DNA from: Felis catus
Lineage: Eukaryota
Direction of reading: 5' to 3'
DNA: 64,000 nt
NCBI RefSeq assembly: GCF_018350175.1
Contig: NC_058368.1
Location: 222,334,001 to 222,398,000, forward strand
Positions 39,760 to 54,116 of the stretch are shown piece after piece (position 1 is the first letter of the stretch; the number at the start of each line of letters is the position of its first letter). The translations under genes were made by a program, and so were the position numbers. A model generated the notes under the pieces. That model searched no databases. It saw nothing but the letters and a program-made list of their open reading frames with translations, and was not told the origin of the DNA.

Positions 39760-41400
39760 TTTGTATTATCAATATACCTGTATAATTTTATTAGAGAAGA
39801 TAGAATAAGCTATATTATGAAAAACATGCTTCCAAACATCAGTGTATCAGCAGAGCAAAGCATTATTTCCTATTCATATCACAGCCCGGCCCAGGCCAGC
39901 GTTTCTCCACTGATAACTTGGGAACCAGGACATTCCATTCTGTAGCTATAGATCCGGAACACCCGACTCCACGGTCCCTGCTGAAGGTCAAAGAGAGACA
40001 AGCATGTGTGATATAAAACACTTGCACCTTGGGTCAAATCACATACGCCTATATTCTACTAGTCAGAATTCAATCACATGATTTCCGACCTAACTACAAG
40101 AAAGATTCAGAAGGTCAAGATTTCTGTGTACCCAAGAAGATAGTGGTTTGAATACGTCTTATAATTTTTGACGGAGCATTTGGGTCACCAAAGCGTTCTA
40201 CTTTCACGCATACAACATTCTTACCCCCTCCCTGGGAGAAACAATATAAAGTCCCATCTGGTCACTGATTATTGTTCAGAGTCTATGTCTCAAGGTACGA
40301 TCAGATCCAGATGTGTCTCCTTTTAGTCTATAGACCTACAAATTTAAAAGGCAAATTCTCTTTCCCCCTCCAGCCCTAACACCCCATATGCAGTGATGGG
40401 GAAGGCACAGTACATATATGACAGCTTCTCCCATCAGGAAAGGCAAAGAATAGAAGGCATACAGTACAACTGGAAAACAACAATTTAAATCTCACCGAAA
40501 AGAGATTTTAATAAAGTTTTCTGGCATACACACTTGGTTGTGAGAGAATCATCTTGATAAAACTCTGATTCTGTTCACTAGAAGGAACCTCTTGTCCACT
40601 GTTGTGAACTCGGTGTCTGACCTCCGAGAATTCCCTGTTCATTACTCTCCCTCATCATACCTAATCTGGGAATGGAGACCATACACTCCTTGGGGAACCG
40701 TAATGAACCTTTCCTCCCCTAAAGGAAGTTTGGGCCCAATGCTTTAAAACAAATCTTGAAGATTTAAAGTAAATACTTTAGTTCTCTATGAACTAATGTT
40801 TTTTATGATAAGCCTGCAAAAACCTAATAAACTTCTGATCTATTTCTGCCATCTAAAATTTCTTCCTGGGCACAGACATCAAGTATATTTTACTTTCCTG
40901 CTTTCTGAACCCTTGACTCTTTAATTTTCTTGCTAGCTTCTGGCAAAACACTAACGGCTATTTGGAAAAAAAAATCTTAGATATCAGGGGGGACATCTTT
41001 AATTTGATATTTTTTATAGGCCACTTTATTAAATCAAAATTATTTTACTGGCTTCTTTTCATAAAATATTTATAAAACAATATTTCAGAAACCTTCTACT
41101 ACACTCTTGGAAAGCCTTGAATTTCTAAGGTATCTCTTATCCTTCTTCTCAGATCTTTAAAAAAATTTCCAATGACTACAAGCACATTTATCTTCTTTAA
41201 GTCTCTAAGTCTTCTAAGCATATAGTCTGCCTCCAAATTTATAGCAGTTGGTTTGTATATTTTCAGTCTTTTACATCTGTTATCTTGTAGTTGTTTCCTT
41301 GTTGTCTGGTCATGAGAAATGATGCTTTGAGATGTATTTTAATAGTGCGGTGACCTACCTCTGTATAAATTTATATAGATCAGAAATTTTATGGATTATA
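39760..41400. mobile_element. Old MaLR (MLT1-like LTR plus internal remnants)
   Basis: Weak resemblance (gatagaataagctatattatgaaaaacatgcttccaaacatcagtg; tcacatgatttccgacctaactacaag). Confidence 0.4.
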
Positions 41401-41455
41401 ATGGACTAAAAATAAGTAAGAACATATAGGAATTGGACAATAGGATAAGTAAACT

Positions 41456-41456
<1 letters not shown>

Positions 41457-41501
<45 letters not shown>

Positions 41502-41516
41502 CCCTTGTGTGTGCAT
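41457..41516. repeat. (TG)n microsatellite
   Basis: Direct reading. Confidence 0.92.
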
Positions 41517-41614
41517 GCACTCATGAATATAGGAAAAATACCTTGTATCTTTTGAACAGTGAAGAAAAACTTTTCTTCCCATATGTTTATGGAATATATA
41601 ACATTATTAATCCC

Positions 41615-42244
41615 TTCTTTGGAAAAGTGTCTTTTCATGTCTTCAGCCCATTTCTTCACTGGATTATTTGTGTTTTGGATGTTGAGTTTGGTAAGTTCTT
41701 TATAGATTTTGGATACTAACCCTTTACCCGATATCTCATTTGCAAATATCTCCTCCCCTTCCATCTGTTGCTTTTTAGTTTTGCTGACTGTTTCCTTTGA
41801 TTTTTTTTTATCTTAATGATGTCCCAATAGTTCATTCTTGCTTTTATTTCCCTTGCGTCCGGAGACAAGTAAGAATTTGCTGTGGCTCAGGTCAAAGAGG
41901 TTGCTGCCTGTTTTCTCCTGTAGAATTTTGATGGTTTCCTGTGTCACATTTAGGTCTGTGGAAATTGAGAAACTCAACAGATGAACATAGGGGAATGGAC
42001 GCAAAAATAAGATAGAAACAGAGAGGGAGGCAAACCATAAGGGAGTCTTAAATACAGAGAACAAACTGAGGGTTGCTGGAGGGGAGGATGGATGCTGGGA
42101 TGTTTTAAATGGGTGATGGGCATTAAGGAGGGCACTTTTCAAGATGAGCACTGAGTTCTATACCTGAATCCAAGAATGCACTGTATGTTATTTAGCTTGA
42201 ATTTAAAGTAAAAAATAAAATAAACTAAAAATAATAAAATAACT
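41615..42244 (+). mobile_element. Carnivore L1 with 5' inversion
   Basis: Antisense ORF2 at 41615-~41956 joined to sense 3'UTR and A-rich tail; degenerate TSD ...att(a/g)atccc. Confidence 0.85.
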
Positions 42245-42890
42245 AAATCATTGATCCCATATTTGCCCACAAAGAAAATTCTGATATGTCTGTACTATTT
42301 CACTTTTTGCAATTATCATGTAGTACTTCCATTATGCAAACAACACGAAAATAAAGAAAAAAAATAAAGAAAAGATTAGACTAGACTAGACTTTCCTATG
42401 GTAATAAACTATCAAGTCTCAGGGTCTTAACTGAATAAAGTTTTCTTTAACTACCTCACATTTTTCACAGCTTCTCTCTTACAGGATTATTCTGTGACTT
42501 CTCCTTTCTTGCAGCTCTGGCTTCTAAGTCAGTGCTTCAAGGAAGCGTGGAAGGGAAAAGAGCAGAAGCAGCCTATTGAATATTCTTTAAATGCCCACTG
42601 GGAAGTGGCTGGCTTCACCTTTTTTTATATTCCATTTTACAAAAATTAGTTGCATGGCTTCCAAACTGACTTCAAAAGAGGTTTGGGAATGTGATTTTTC
42701 TATGTTCCCAAGAGAATGCTATGGTGAGTTCTCTGCCATACCTATGTATTGTTATAGTCAATTATTGTTGGATGATCATAATAATTTTCATGACTTTTTA
42801 TGCTTTAACCTAAGCCAATGGAAAAAAATACTATACATTAAAAAAAACTGTTCTAAAAAATAAATATTAAAAACAAAATTTAAAAAGGGG

Positions 42891-43105
42891 GGGGGCGCCT
42901 GGGTGGCTCAGTTGGTTGGGCTTCTGACTTCGGCTCAGGTCATGATCTCACGATTCATGAGTTTGAGCCCCGCAATGGGCTCCGTGCTGACAGCTCAGAG
43001 CCTGAAGCCTGCTTCAGATTCTGTGTCTCCCTCTCTCTCTTCCCCACTTGTGCCCTGTCTCTCTCTCTCTTTCTCAAAAATAAATTAACATTAAAGAAGA
43101 TTTAA
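42891..43105 (+). mobile_element. SINEC_Fc-type SINE
   Basis: Canonical head, body and tail. Confidence 0.92.
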
Positions 43106-44045
43106 AAGCTCTTTGGTGCTCACTGTTCTTCCATATATGAGCAGATACGTTTCCTATTATCGAAGTAAATTACATATCTGTATCACTAGAACAACTACCC
43201 ATATCTCCTGACTCTGTATCCCCTTAAATATGTGTGTTTTCATCATTTCCTTTTTTCTTTCCTCTTTTTTTTTTCCTGCACAGTCACTGCCTTTCAAAAA
43301 ATAGGGCCAGTATATAGATTTTATAATAGGGAAAATGCATAAAGCTATAACTTTGCAAATTCTAAATAAACACTGACCTATGTTAGAGAATATATATGAA
43401 ATATAAAGTAGAACAAAAATTGAAAACAGAATTATATCACTTATGTCTCTAATAAAATCTTGTCCATTTTTTACTCCTTATGACAATTCCAAATATAACT
43501 GTATTATTCTGCTGTTCATTGATGATAAAAAAAACCCCACAGGATCTATCCAATTTTACTTTTATCAGTTATTTTCTTTAATTGTCCTAAAAAACATTGT
43601 TATGGGTGATAGGGACCTATTTCAATGATAGTCATTTTTCTCTTTTCTTTTTTTTTTAAATTGACCCAGCTGTTTTTTAAAAAAAAATATGCTTTCCCTA
43701 ACTAATTAAGCCTGGCCAGTTCAGAAGTGTGGTCACCTTAATTAGGTATCTGAGGTAACGGCCTCTTCTCATTGTTAGTTCCAAGATAGTCCACAGCTTG
43801 AATGACTTGTTAGCTAATTAAAAAAAAAAAAACCCAAAAAACTTCTATATCTGCAAGAATTGTCACTTTTCTTCTTGTCTTTGAGATTCTTTCTGAAGAT
43901 ATTCACATAGTAAAGGACAGTAAGATTCTTTTAATGCCAGTGCATATATTTCCTAAAACTTTATTCTACCAACAAAAATCTTATCACTTCTCTAATGATC
44001 TTATCACATAACGTAACACATTAAACTTTAAAACAAGATTGATTA

Positions 44046-44646
44046 GACCTAGTTTTAATATTTTGAGGAACCTGCACACTGTTTTCCAGAGCGGCTGCAC
44101 CAGTTTGCATTCCCACCAACAGCGCAAGAGGGTTTTACCCAAGGGATACAGGAGTGCTGATGCATAGGGGCACTTGTACCCCAATGTTTTATAGCAGCAC
44201 TTTCAACAATAGCCAAATTATGGAAAGAGCCTAAATGTCCATCAAGTGATGAATGGATAAAGAATTGTGGTTTATATATACAATGGAATATTACTTGGCA
44301 ATGAGAAAGAATGAAATATGGCCTTTTGTAGCAATGTGGATAGAACTGGAGGGTATTATGCTAAGTGAAATAAGTCAGTCAGAGAAAGACAGATACCATA
44401 CGTTTTCACTCATATGTAGGTCTTGAGTAACTTAGAAGACCGTGGAGGAATGGAAGTGGAAAAAAAAAAGTTAGAGAGGGAGAGTGGCAAACCATAAGAG
44501 ACTCTTAAAGATTGAGAATAAACTGAGGTTTGATGGGGGGTCAGAGAAAGGGGAAAGTGGGTGATGGGCAATGAGGAGGGCACCTGTTGGGATGAGCACT
44601 GGGTGTTGTATGGAAACCAATTTGACAATAAATTTCACATTAAAAA
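44046..44646 (+). mobile_element. Felid L1 (L1_Fc-like) with 5' inversion
   Basis: Antisense 44050-~44135, then sense 3' end with aataaa and poly-A; TSD aaaacaagattg(a/g)tta at 44030-44045 and 44647-44662. Confidence 0.92.
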
Positions 44647-44923
44647 AAAACAAGATTGGTTATTGTCATATACGTAATGACAACATCTTTATACAAACTT
44701 TTACTGTCTGTTGGATGTCAATGTGAGAGAGAAAAAGATCATCTTCGTTTTTGAATCTAGAATATAATTCTCCTAGGTAACTATAGTCAAAATACGAGAA
44801 AAACTGCTTATCTTTTGGACAGAATGTAAAAGCAGTAGCAAGATATTACATTTCCTGGCGATGAAGTTTTGATACACAAACAATACTCTGTGTATTGCCA
44901 CTCTAATTAAAATGATAAAGGCT

Positions 44924-45140
44924 GGGGCACCTGAGTGGCTCAGTCATTAGGCATCTGACTTCAGCTCTGGTCATGATCTCGCGGTCCGTGAGTTTGAGCC
45001 CTGTGTCCAGCTCTGTGCTGACAGCTCCGAGCCTGAAGCTTGCATTGGATTCTGTATCTCCCTCTCTCTCTCTACCCTTCTCCCACTCAAGTTTTCTTTC
45101 TCTCATTGTCTCAAAAATAAGCATTAAAAAAATGAAAACA
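44924..45140 (+). mobile_element. SINEC_Fc-type SINE
   Basis: Canonical body; aatgataa on both flanks. Confidence 0.9.
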
Positions 45141-45823
45141 AATAATGATAAGAGCCATAACTATCAATTTGACTTGACAATCATAGTTAGGCTGGTAAAT
45201 AAGGTTTGTTTATCCATATTATTACCAATTATTGACATATATGTATAAGTTTATCTGAATAATATTCAAATAATCCAGATTCAACTTAGAACTTAAACAT
45301 ATCCTCCCAATGCCAGTGAAACGTTGGAATCTCATTTGGAGAGGGTATCAACAAAATATCATTTAAATTAGGCATTTTATGTCATTTTCAGGCATGGAAA
45401 TTTTTAAAAATACTACCTCTGTGCTTTTTAGGTAACCCTAGGGAAATTCTCTGCTTAGTTATTTTATAATTTCATAATAAAATCAACTCCTTTAGAGTTT
45501 GCTAAAACTAACTTCTTTCAATTATATTATTTTGCATCAGTACAAACACTTTCTTTCAAGTTTTAAAATGTGACTACATGGTAATTCCGGGTCAGTATTA
45601 TAATTTTTAAAGTCCTGTGTAAAATGAAAATCTGAAGCCCCTTCAAAGAGTAGAAAAACACCAAGAAAATTGCCATTAAAGGTATAAAAATATATTTCTT
45701 GCACAGTTTCTCAGCCTATAATGGTGATTTTTATTTGCTATTTAAGATCATTATAAATAAAGACAAGATTATTTACATTTATTAGCAAGAGTTTTGCCAT
45801 TCATCTCTTACAGTACAAATCAC

Positions 45824-46034
45824 TTTAATTTTTTAACGCTTATTTATTTTTGAGAGCGAGAGAAAGAGCATGAGCGGGGAGGGGGCAGAGAGAGAGGGAG
45901 AGACAGAATGTGAAGCAGGCTCCAGGCTCTGAGCTGTCAGCACAGAGCCCGACGCGGGGCTCGAACCTATAAACTGGGAGATCATGACCTGAGCCAAAGT
46001 GAGACACTTAACTGACTGAGCCACTCAGGCGCCC
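45824..46034 (-). mobile_element. SINEC_Fc-type SINE
   Basis: Canonical body; tacaaatca repeated on the flanks. Confidence 0.92.
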
Positions 46035-46156
46035 AATACAGTAAATACAAATCATTTTAAATGGAATGAGTTAACTACAAGAAGAGGGACGCTGCCCATA
46101 ACTATCTCAGCTGTTTATATTTGACTTCTTGGCAAATGAACATTCTATCAGCAAGT

Positions 46157-46399
46157 TCTTTTTTTTTTTTTTAATTTTAACGTTTATTTATTTTTGAGAG
46201 AGAGAGAGAGACAGAGAGAGAGAGACAGAGCACGTGTGGGGGAGGGGCAGAGAGAGAGAGGGAGACATAGAATCCAAAGCAGGCTCCAGGCTCTGAGCTG
46301 TCAGCACAGAGCTCAACGCAGGGCTCGAACCCGTAAACTGCGAGATCATGATCTGAGCCAAAGCTAGACGCTTAACCCACTGAGCCACCCAAGCAACCC
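46157..46399 (-). mobile_element. SINEC_Fc-type SINE
   Basis: TSD tcta(t/c)cagca. Confidence 0.92.
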
Positions 46400-49300
46400 T
46401 CTACCAGCACTTTCTACATTTGATTTGCTGATGAGTTAGGAAAGAATGAAGGGGATAGAAACGAAGCAGAGGGCCATTTCGGAGTGTCTTCGATGCCATG
46501 CCACAGCTTGCGTATCCCTGAATGGGGAAATTAAAACATCAATTGTGACAAATTATTTACATCCTAGTATGAATGAATTTGCTCTTTCTAATAGAATCTC
46601 ATGGGAGTGGAAGTGGTGAGAGTAATAGTAGTGAGAGTAGCATTGAATTCCTCTAAGAGTTTAGAAAACAAAAGGAGGGAAGGTAAAGGTTCACAGATAT
46701 TTCCTAAGGCCAATCTTGTTCAGCACTTCATCTCTGAAGAATATTTCTAAAGCAGTAAGTTGATAGTAAATGGTTTTATGAATATGTTCCTTTTACTTTG
46801 GTAATTTTGGTTTTTAACTAATAGTGTAGAGGGCACGAATCTCTGCCAATATCCTTGGTCTACAGAAATGGATTGTGTATCTGAACTTAATATCAATTTC
46901 AGACACCATTTTCCGCCTATGGAGCCATTTACTATTAATTAATTTAGTGTCTCATCAGCTTTCTTTGGTTTTCTGTAGGGATTCTGGAGAACACATGTTC
47001 TGAGATAGAGAAGGAATCTGTCCTCATGGCATTATTTTTCCTCTCTGACATCCTTCTTCCGGATTGATGTTCATTCACTTGTCCATGCCGGGCACTGCTG
47101 ATTTTCTCTCTCATCTCCTCTTTAGGCCTGTGGTCTCTGTGCCTTATCTCTGCCACCTCCAATTGCATTAAAAGTATTCTGCGGTATCTTTCTGTTTGGG
47201 GCGACTGGAAAAACATGTGACCTTGTCTCAGACATCTCTGGCCAGGCAAACCATGTAGACACTCATTCTATCACGTTGACACAAGGAACTAGTCCATTCC
47301 CCAGATTTATTCTGGGGTTCGGGGAACACAGACTCTGCTCTTTAGATGTCCACTTACCTAGTTCTGACAGAGGACATTCTCCGCAAATCCACAAACACTG
47401 TAGACTCTTGCCTCTTCCCTGTACATTTTTCTGATGGTATCTAGTCTTGGGCAGAAAACATCTTTCATAAACATGCCTTTTCTGTATCTTTTACTTTAAG
47501 TGAAAATTTAAGATTATAAAAGTCAGAGCCCCCAAATTGACTATTTCCATGGACTTCCTTCTGTTGAACCTCATTACCTCCTTCCCTAGGGCCATGGATG
47601 TGATACATAGAAAAATGCAAAGACTACAAAGTATAGTGTACATGAAGGAAGAAAACAGTTGGTATCTAAAAATATTTATGTACGCCATAATTGCTTTGGG
47701 GCATAGCACTCAGAAACCAATGGAATGGAAAAAAAAGAATCCTTTGTTTTCTTTCATTTTTTGTAAAGCAATCAGATAGAAGTGAGAGAAATTCTGCCAG
47801 GAAAGTGACCAAATCCTTCTCTTTGCGTGGAGAAAAAATATGTGTGAAAGGTCTTCAGAGATAACAACATTTTCCTAAATTCAAAAAGTAAATATGGTAT
47901 AGGTCATTATGTGAAACCTATATTGTGGAAAGTAATGGACACAATAAAAGCGTATTTCTAAAGACCGATTTCTGTCACCTAACTTCAGTTTCTTTTTTTC
48001 AAATTCATTACGTTTATTATAGAATTATTCAATATAATGCAGCAATTCTAACATAAAATTACCTATAATAGTCTTACAGTTAATACACACGTCACATATA
48101 ACCTGAAGCAGGATAAAAGTCCACACAGTGCCTTAACCTCTAGCTTGGTGCCTGGAATGGTTCTCTGGCCACCTCTAAGTATGAATGATCTCTTTCTCTC
48201 TCTCCCCAGTACCTTCTCTGCCTTATCACTGTGAATTAGATCAAGGAAGAACCTCTAGCAGAAAGTCAGCCCTCAACTATTTAGAGAGTCCAGAGACATT
48301 CGGCATCTCAGCAACAGACCAGTGTGCTTTGCAGTTATTTTAACAGTTTCCTCCCTATACTTTCTTCTTCTAACATAGAGAATTAATCTTTTAAATCTAG
48401 TGTATCCTCTGTGTCCCTAAAAGTTTTTGGAGGCCCTTGTTTTCATGTTTCAGAACTACATGCATAAAACTTATCTGGTTTCTCTGTTGCTATTCTTTTC
48501 TTTCTTCCCTCTGTCTTTATTATAGTGACTTAGGCTATCTTCTGAGAACGGTTCATTCCTCAAGGGAATAGCCGACTCACAAAAATCCTGGTGGCTCTTT
48601 GTTGCTTACTGAATAGACTACATAAAACAAAGACCTCACGGCACAGAATCACTCGGAGAGACTTGATCCTAGGTATATCAAAATGTTGGAGTTTATTAAT
48701 TGATTCATCATGGATCTTAACAGAGAAGCATGCATGAAAGATGGAATGAAGTTTAGGCTTTGGTGTGTAAATGGGAATGTTCACTCTGGTATGTCTTTTC
48801 TGTCCCATCAGCACTGGCATACGGGGATGGAATCTGTGAATCCGCATGGTTTTAAATAGCATCCACGGGGAGAGATTACCGAAGGTGAAATTGTTGGGTT
48901 GCTCCACGGTTCAATTTGTGCAGGCTCCTATAGTAAAAACTCAGGAGAGTTATGGAGAAAAGTGGAAAGTTATTTCAAGGAAAAACTTGAAGCTATAGTT
49001 ACACAATTTAAATTGGAAACAGACATTTCCGTGCAAGAGATAAGTAACACATATTTGAAGGAATTATGTCCACTTCAACAGATGATGGGAAACATGTATT
49101 TTCTCTCTAATAAAGGCTCCAAATTTCCATCTCTTTCTATCTTCTGGCATGAACTTTTTCCACGGATGTAAAAACCAACAAACAAATAAACCCATATTGA
49201 CTTATGTAGGAAATATATATCTTCTTTGGGAAGAATAAAAATAATTGGTTTATGATATACAGGAGATTTTACGTAAACTCTACATAACCACTGTGAATTT

Positions 49301-49564
49301 TATGCAACTGTAAATACAAGCTAAGTTTTATTTTCACCCAAGTTATCTAAACTACAGGTCCTTACTGAATCCTAGAACTTCTCTGAAAGTGAGTTCAATT
49401 TTCTTGCATTTTACCTTCCTGTAAATTACACATTCTACCATAGGTCATGCTCAACATGGCCATAAAACAGCTATAATTTTTTATCACTGCTAGTTTCAGA
49501 ATATTACTATTTCAGCTTTCTCTTTGTTTTTTCCATCCTTCTGAGCATTAAAGACTTTTTAAAA

Positions 49565-49574
49565 TTTATTATTA

Positions 49575-49609
<35 letters not shown>

Positions 49610-49620
49610 TAATACTACTA
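49565..49620. repeat. (TTA)n microsatellite
   Basis: Direct reading. Confidence 0.9.
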
Positions 49621-50359
49621 GTATTGTTTTGGTAATTCTTGGTCCTGGTTAAAACATTATTTTGGTTTCCTTCTTGTTTCATCCCAAATCCTCCTTTGTT
49701 TTGCACTCCAAATATTTCAATAATCCTGAGTTTTCAACCCTAATTGAAAGGGGACATTTCAAAAATTAGGCAGATTAATTTAGATTATTGTACACTCAAA
49801 TGATTTTCATCTCTACTCCCTTTTTAGTTTCTTTCACAATAGTTCCCACAAGGATCTTCCAGCACTTAAAGTTCTTCTACCTCAAAAATCTTCATTGATT
49901 TAAAGATCGAATTAAACACTCCACCCCGTCACCCTAGACACTGTGTTTCAAAGGTGTCTCCCATTCTCAATAACAGTATTGCTCATCTAATTGTATTCTG
50001 AGGTTTTAGTTATGTATGAATTTCTTTAGGATGCAAACCTGGGCATGTTTTTTTTTTTTTCTCAATCTACATTATCCACCAGTCGGAAGAGTAGATCTTT
50101 GTCAGTCATTATGGATTATGGGATTATTATTATAACTTCAAGGGCATTTTCGTACAGTGACTTAAGGATCACTGCAAAATCTATATAGTTATTGTGAACT
50201 GATTTGATGCCTCAAATTGTTAAACACTTAAAGAAGATATTGTCTTAAATGTCCCTTGATTTAACACAAGCAATGGTTTCAGGTGATTATCTGAGAATGA
50301 GAATTTCCTTGTCTCTATGAGCTGTATCTTACCCTGCCCCCATCTCCAGGCAGCTACTG

Positions 50360-50451
50360 GTGTGTGTGTGTGTATATGTATATCTCACACCATACACACA
50401 CACACATATTACATATATACTCATTACATATATACCCATTACAGTATAAAA

Positions 50452-50484
<33 letters not shown>
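50360..50484. repeat. Compound (TG)/(CA)/(TA) repeat
   Basis: Direct reading. Confidence 0.85.
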
Positions 50485-50486
<2 letters not shown>

Positions 50487-50519
50487 CATTACAAAGTGGG
50501 TTGCAGTTTCAATAATTTT

Positions 50520-53500
50520 ATAAAAATGGAATATTACAGCATGTAATCTTGTGTGTACAATTTCTCTCAGCATAATGATTCTAAAAATCTTCCATGCTGT
50601 TGCACGTAGGTAATTTTATTTTATTTTTAATTACTGAGTACTTTACTCTTCCTATGATTCATTTTAAGGTTTTGTCTATTGTAAATCAAGTGACTACAAA
50701 TACTTTTCTATAAGTCTTTGCATGAATATGTATTTTTCATCTGTCTTAGCATGAATATGTATTTTTCATCTGTATTTTTCATACTTTGGAGTAGAATGTC
50801 AAAACTTTAGAGTAGGTTAATATTTAAACCTTTGGCAAAGAGGTAATGCTTACATCTACCACCCTGTCCCTTCCAACCCCCGTCAAGCAGTATATGAAAG
50901 TTAGAGTTGTTCTTCAGCATTGTTAACATATAGTATTGTCAGTCTGTTAATTTGGTATATATAAAGGTTATCAAATAATAGCTCATTGTTTTAATTTGAA
51001 TTTGTTCGATAAATAATGCTTTCACATATATTTGTCCATTTATGTAACTCATTTTGTGAAATATCTGTTTAGATGTCTAATTGGTCAAGAAGTATTGTGG
51101 CTTCTTCTCATTTCTTCGGTCATAATAGTTCTTTTCACATTGGGGATATAAAATTTTGCCAGATAATAGGTTCTGTGAATATTTTTACTGATTCTGTGGA
51201 TTGTTTTTTTTTTTAATTTTCATAACTATGTACTTTAAAAATAATATGGAATTGCAATTTATCAATTTTTGTGGTTTTTTTTTGTTATTTATAAAATCAT
51301 TATATACCTGATCATCAAAACTATTTTATCATATAGTTTCTTCTAGGAGATTTATATTTTTACATTTTACATTGGGTATATAATTCATTTCTAGTTAACT
51401 TTTCTGCTTGGTGTTAGAATTTTTTTATTTTTTATTTTTTTGTTTTACATAGGAATATGCAGTTATTCCTGAACCACTTGTTGAACACACTTTTCTCTCC
51501 TCATAGAATTGACTCAATAAATTTGTGTCCACCAGTTTTTAGACTACTTTTCTATTTTATTGATCGAAATGTCAAACCTTATGACAACAGCTATTGTCTC
51601 GGTAACTTTACAGTAAACCTTAAAATCAAGCACTGTATTTTCACAAAGAAAACTGTGAGGTTTTTAAAATTGGTTTTGATCATTCTAAGCCATCTGTATT
51701 TCCATATAAAATGTATAATCAGTTTATTAATGGAAAATGGCCATCTTTATCATTTGCAGTCTTTCCAATTCTTGAAGGTCTCTATTTATTTAGGTATACT
51801 TTAATTACTGTCAGCATTTTTTATAGTGTTCAGTAGAGAAGTCAACACAAATTTTGATAAATTATTTCTAAGAGTTTTATGTGTGTTTTTGTTACTATTA
51901 TAAATAGAATTAAAAATCATTTTCAACTAGTTTGTGGCTGGTATATATAAGCACAAATGATATGCTTTTTGATTTCTGAAATCTTGCAAAATTAGGATAT
52001 TCTTTTTTTGAGGTCTTTTGGGAAGAATGCTTAACTACTTCTCTAGATAGTCACATCACCTGCAAATAGGTGCATTTTTCTTAACTTTCTGCCGTCTATG
52101 TCTACATCTTCTTTTTTCACTGTAATTACTATTATCAGTAGCATAATTATAAATATAAACATGACAGAAAGCATTCTTGTTTTGTTCTTGCTTTCAAAGG
52201 TTAAACGTTCAGTAATTTTATATTAGTATGATTTCTGATATATATTACATATACCATAAGGACTACTTAAATGTTAATTCTATATCATAGTACTTTTCGA
52301 ATTTTGTTCACCGCCCTTAGGAGTTTTCTATTGGTTATTTTAGGTTGTCAAACATTATGTGATCTCTAAATAGGAATATTTTTTATCTCTTTTCTGTATT
52401 GTATATTAGTCACTTACTCTTGTAAGATAGCACTGGCTAATAATTCTACCCAAATATGAAGATACTTTGTATGTTTGTAATGTTCTTAAATTCCTTAGTT
52501 AGTAAGATGTTGAAGTACACATATGCACATTCTTATATACATATACTTTAAGAAAATATATAGGAATTCACTTGTACAGAATTTTAAGCCAGTGTGATAG
52601 GGACTGGATTTTCTTAAGTATGCTCATTGCAGCTATTAATTTAAATGTATTACTTTCTACAATTACCTCTATCATTATTATTAAAAGTTTGGATGGATGT
52701 ACATATATTACACATTCTTCTAACATAATATATTAACAATTTTTAATAATTATATATAAAATTGATCAATAATATTGTGGGTTTTGTGACAGTATTTTTT
52801 TTAGGTTTTAAGAGTCCATATTTAACACGCTTCGTGAAATAACTTTGTAAATTTTTAATTTTTTCTCTATACTCTGAGATAATTTCAGTTGCACTGAAAT
52901 CATCATATTTTTACAGGTTTAGTATGATTTCTTTGTGAAACAATCTGGAAGAAAGTATTTTGTGGGAGCTCTTTAATTATGTAATTAATGAATTGCAAGT
53001 AGCTTGTTTAGAGTCTTTCTCTTCTGAAGTCAATTTAGTGAATTACATTTTTTCGATTTTCTAAAAAGATTTAAAATCCAATTAACTGAGCTTTACAAAT
53101 TTATTTGAAAAGAGGTTTATAAAGGTTTTAAAACTTCATCCAATTGTGTCTTTTTAAATTTTGGATTAGATAATATAGTACTTAGAGCTTTGTTTGATTT
53201 CACAAAAACTAGCTATTTAAATGTATTTTTAGTCATTACATTCTACTTCCTAAATTGATTAATTTTTGCTTTTGTGTTCTTACTGCCACGTTTGTGTTGA
53301 CATTGTTTTTCTCATATTTTTTGAGATGTGTTCTAATTAATTTTTTAGCATTTTATATTTATTTAATGATGTATTATTCCAATTTTAACTGCCCTAAAAA
53401 TTTGCCATATGTCATAATTTTAAAGAAATTCTCAAGTTCTATTTTTGCCCATTGATCAAAAAGTGTCCTGTGTTAAAAATATTACAATATTAGGTATAAG

Positions 53501-53700
53501 TTTCTTTTTTTGTTTTTAATTTGGGGGAACATATTTATATTGGGATATTTTAGTATTATTTAAGACCGTTGATGAATATAGCTTTTGAGATCTGTTGTAT
53601 ATTTCCTTGAGGCAAATGCTTTCTTAACTCTATAAATATACCTCCGTGTCAACATATGGCGATATGTATTTTAGAATATAGTGTTTCACTGGAAAGGAAA
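50520..53700 (-). mobile_element. Old L1M (L1ME-like) fragments
   Basis: T-rich antisense L1 text (ccatgctgttgca; ttcctgaaccacttgttgaa; cacatcacctgcaaatag). Confidence 0.6.
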
Positions 53701-54116
53701 GGTTATCATTCATTATGAGGAAAGTATATAAAATATAAAAAGAAACTCCTGTTCTCTCATAAATAGATATATTAGACATTATCTCAATGTGAGTGAACAT
53801 CAAAGCATAGAAGGTATTCATTTTGCATATTCTAATGTGGAAGGACTGGATTCATATACTGAAATCTTTATTCATAAATTTATAACACAATAAATTTCAT
53901 ATAAATAAATAAAACAAAGGAAAGAAAAAAAATATAATGCCACAATTGCTCAATAGGAAACAAGTAATGTATTTATCTAAACAGACAGTAATGCAAATAT
54001 GCCATCATCTTTCTACTTTTTTTTTGTACGTTACCTTTCCATAAAATCATTTTTATTTTTAATTAGGTAAAAATGAAACAAACTAAATAAATACATACAT
54101 ACATATGATGTGGCCA

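Larger units (their letters stand above)
45588..46510. mobile_element. hAT-Tip100 DNA transposon (MER45-like) interrupted by two SINEs
   Basis: gtaaaatgaaaatctgaagcccc...attaaaggtataaaaatata resembles remembered MER45B text. Confidence 0.5.

Noticed and set aside
46944..49171. 101-, 115- and 90-aa ORFs in apparently unique DNA
   Set aside because: No recognisable domain or convincing exon structure, and their lengths are compatible with chance.
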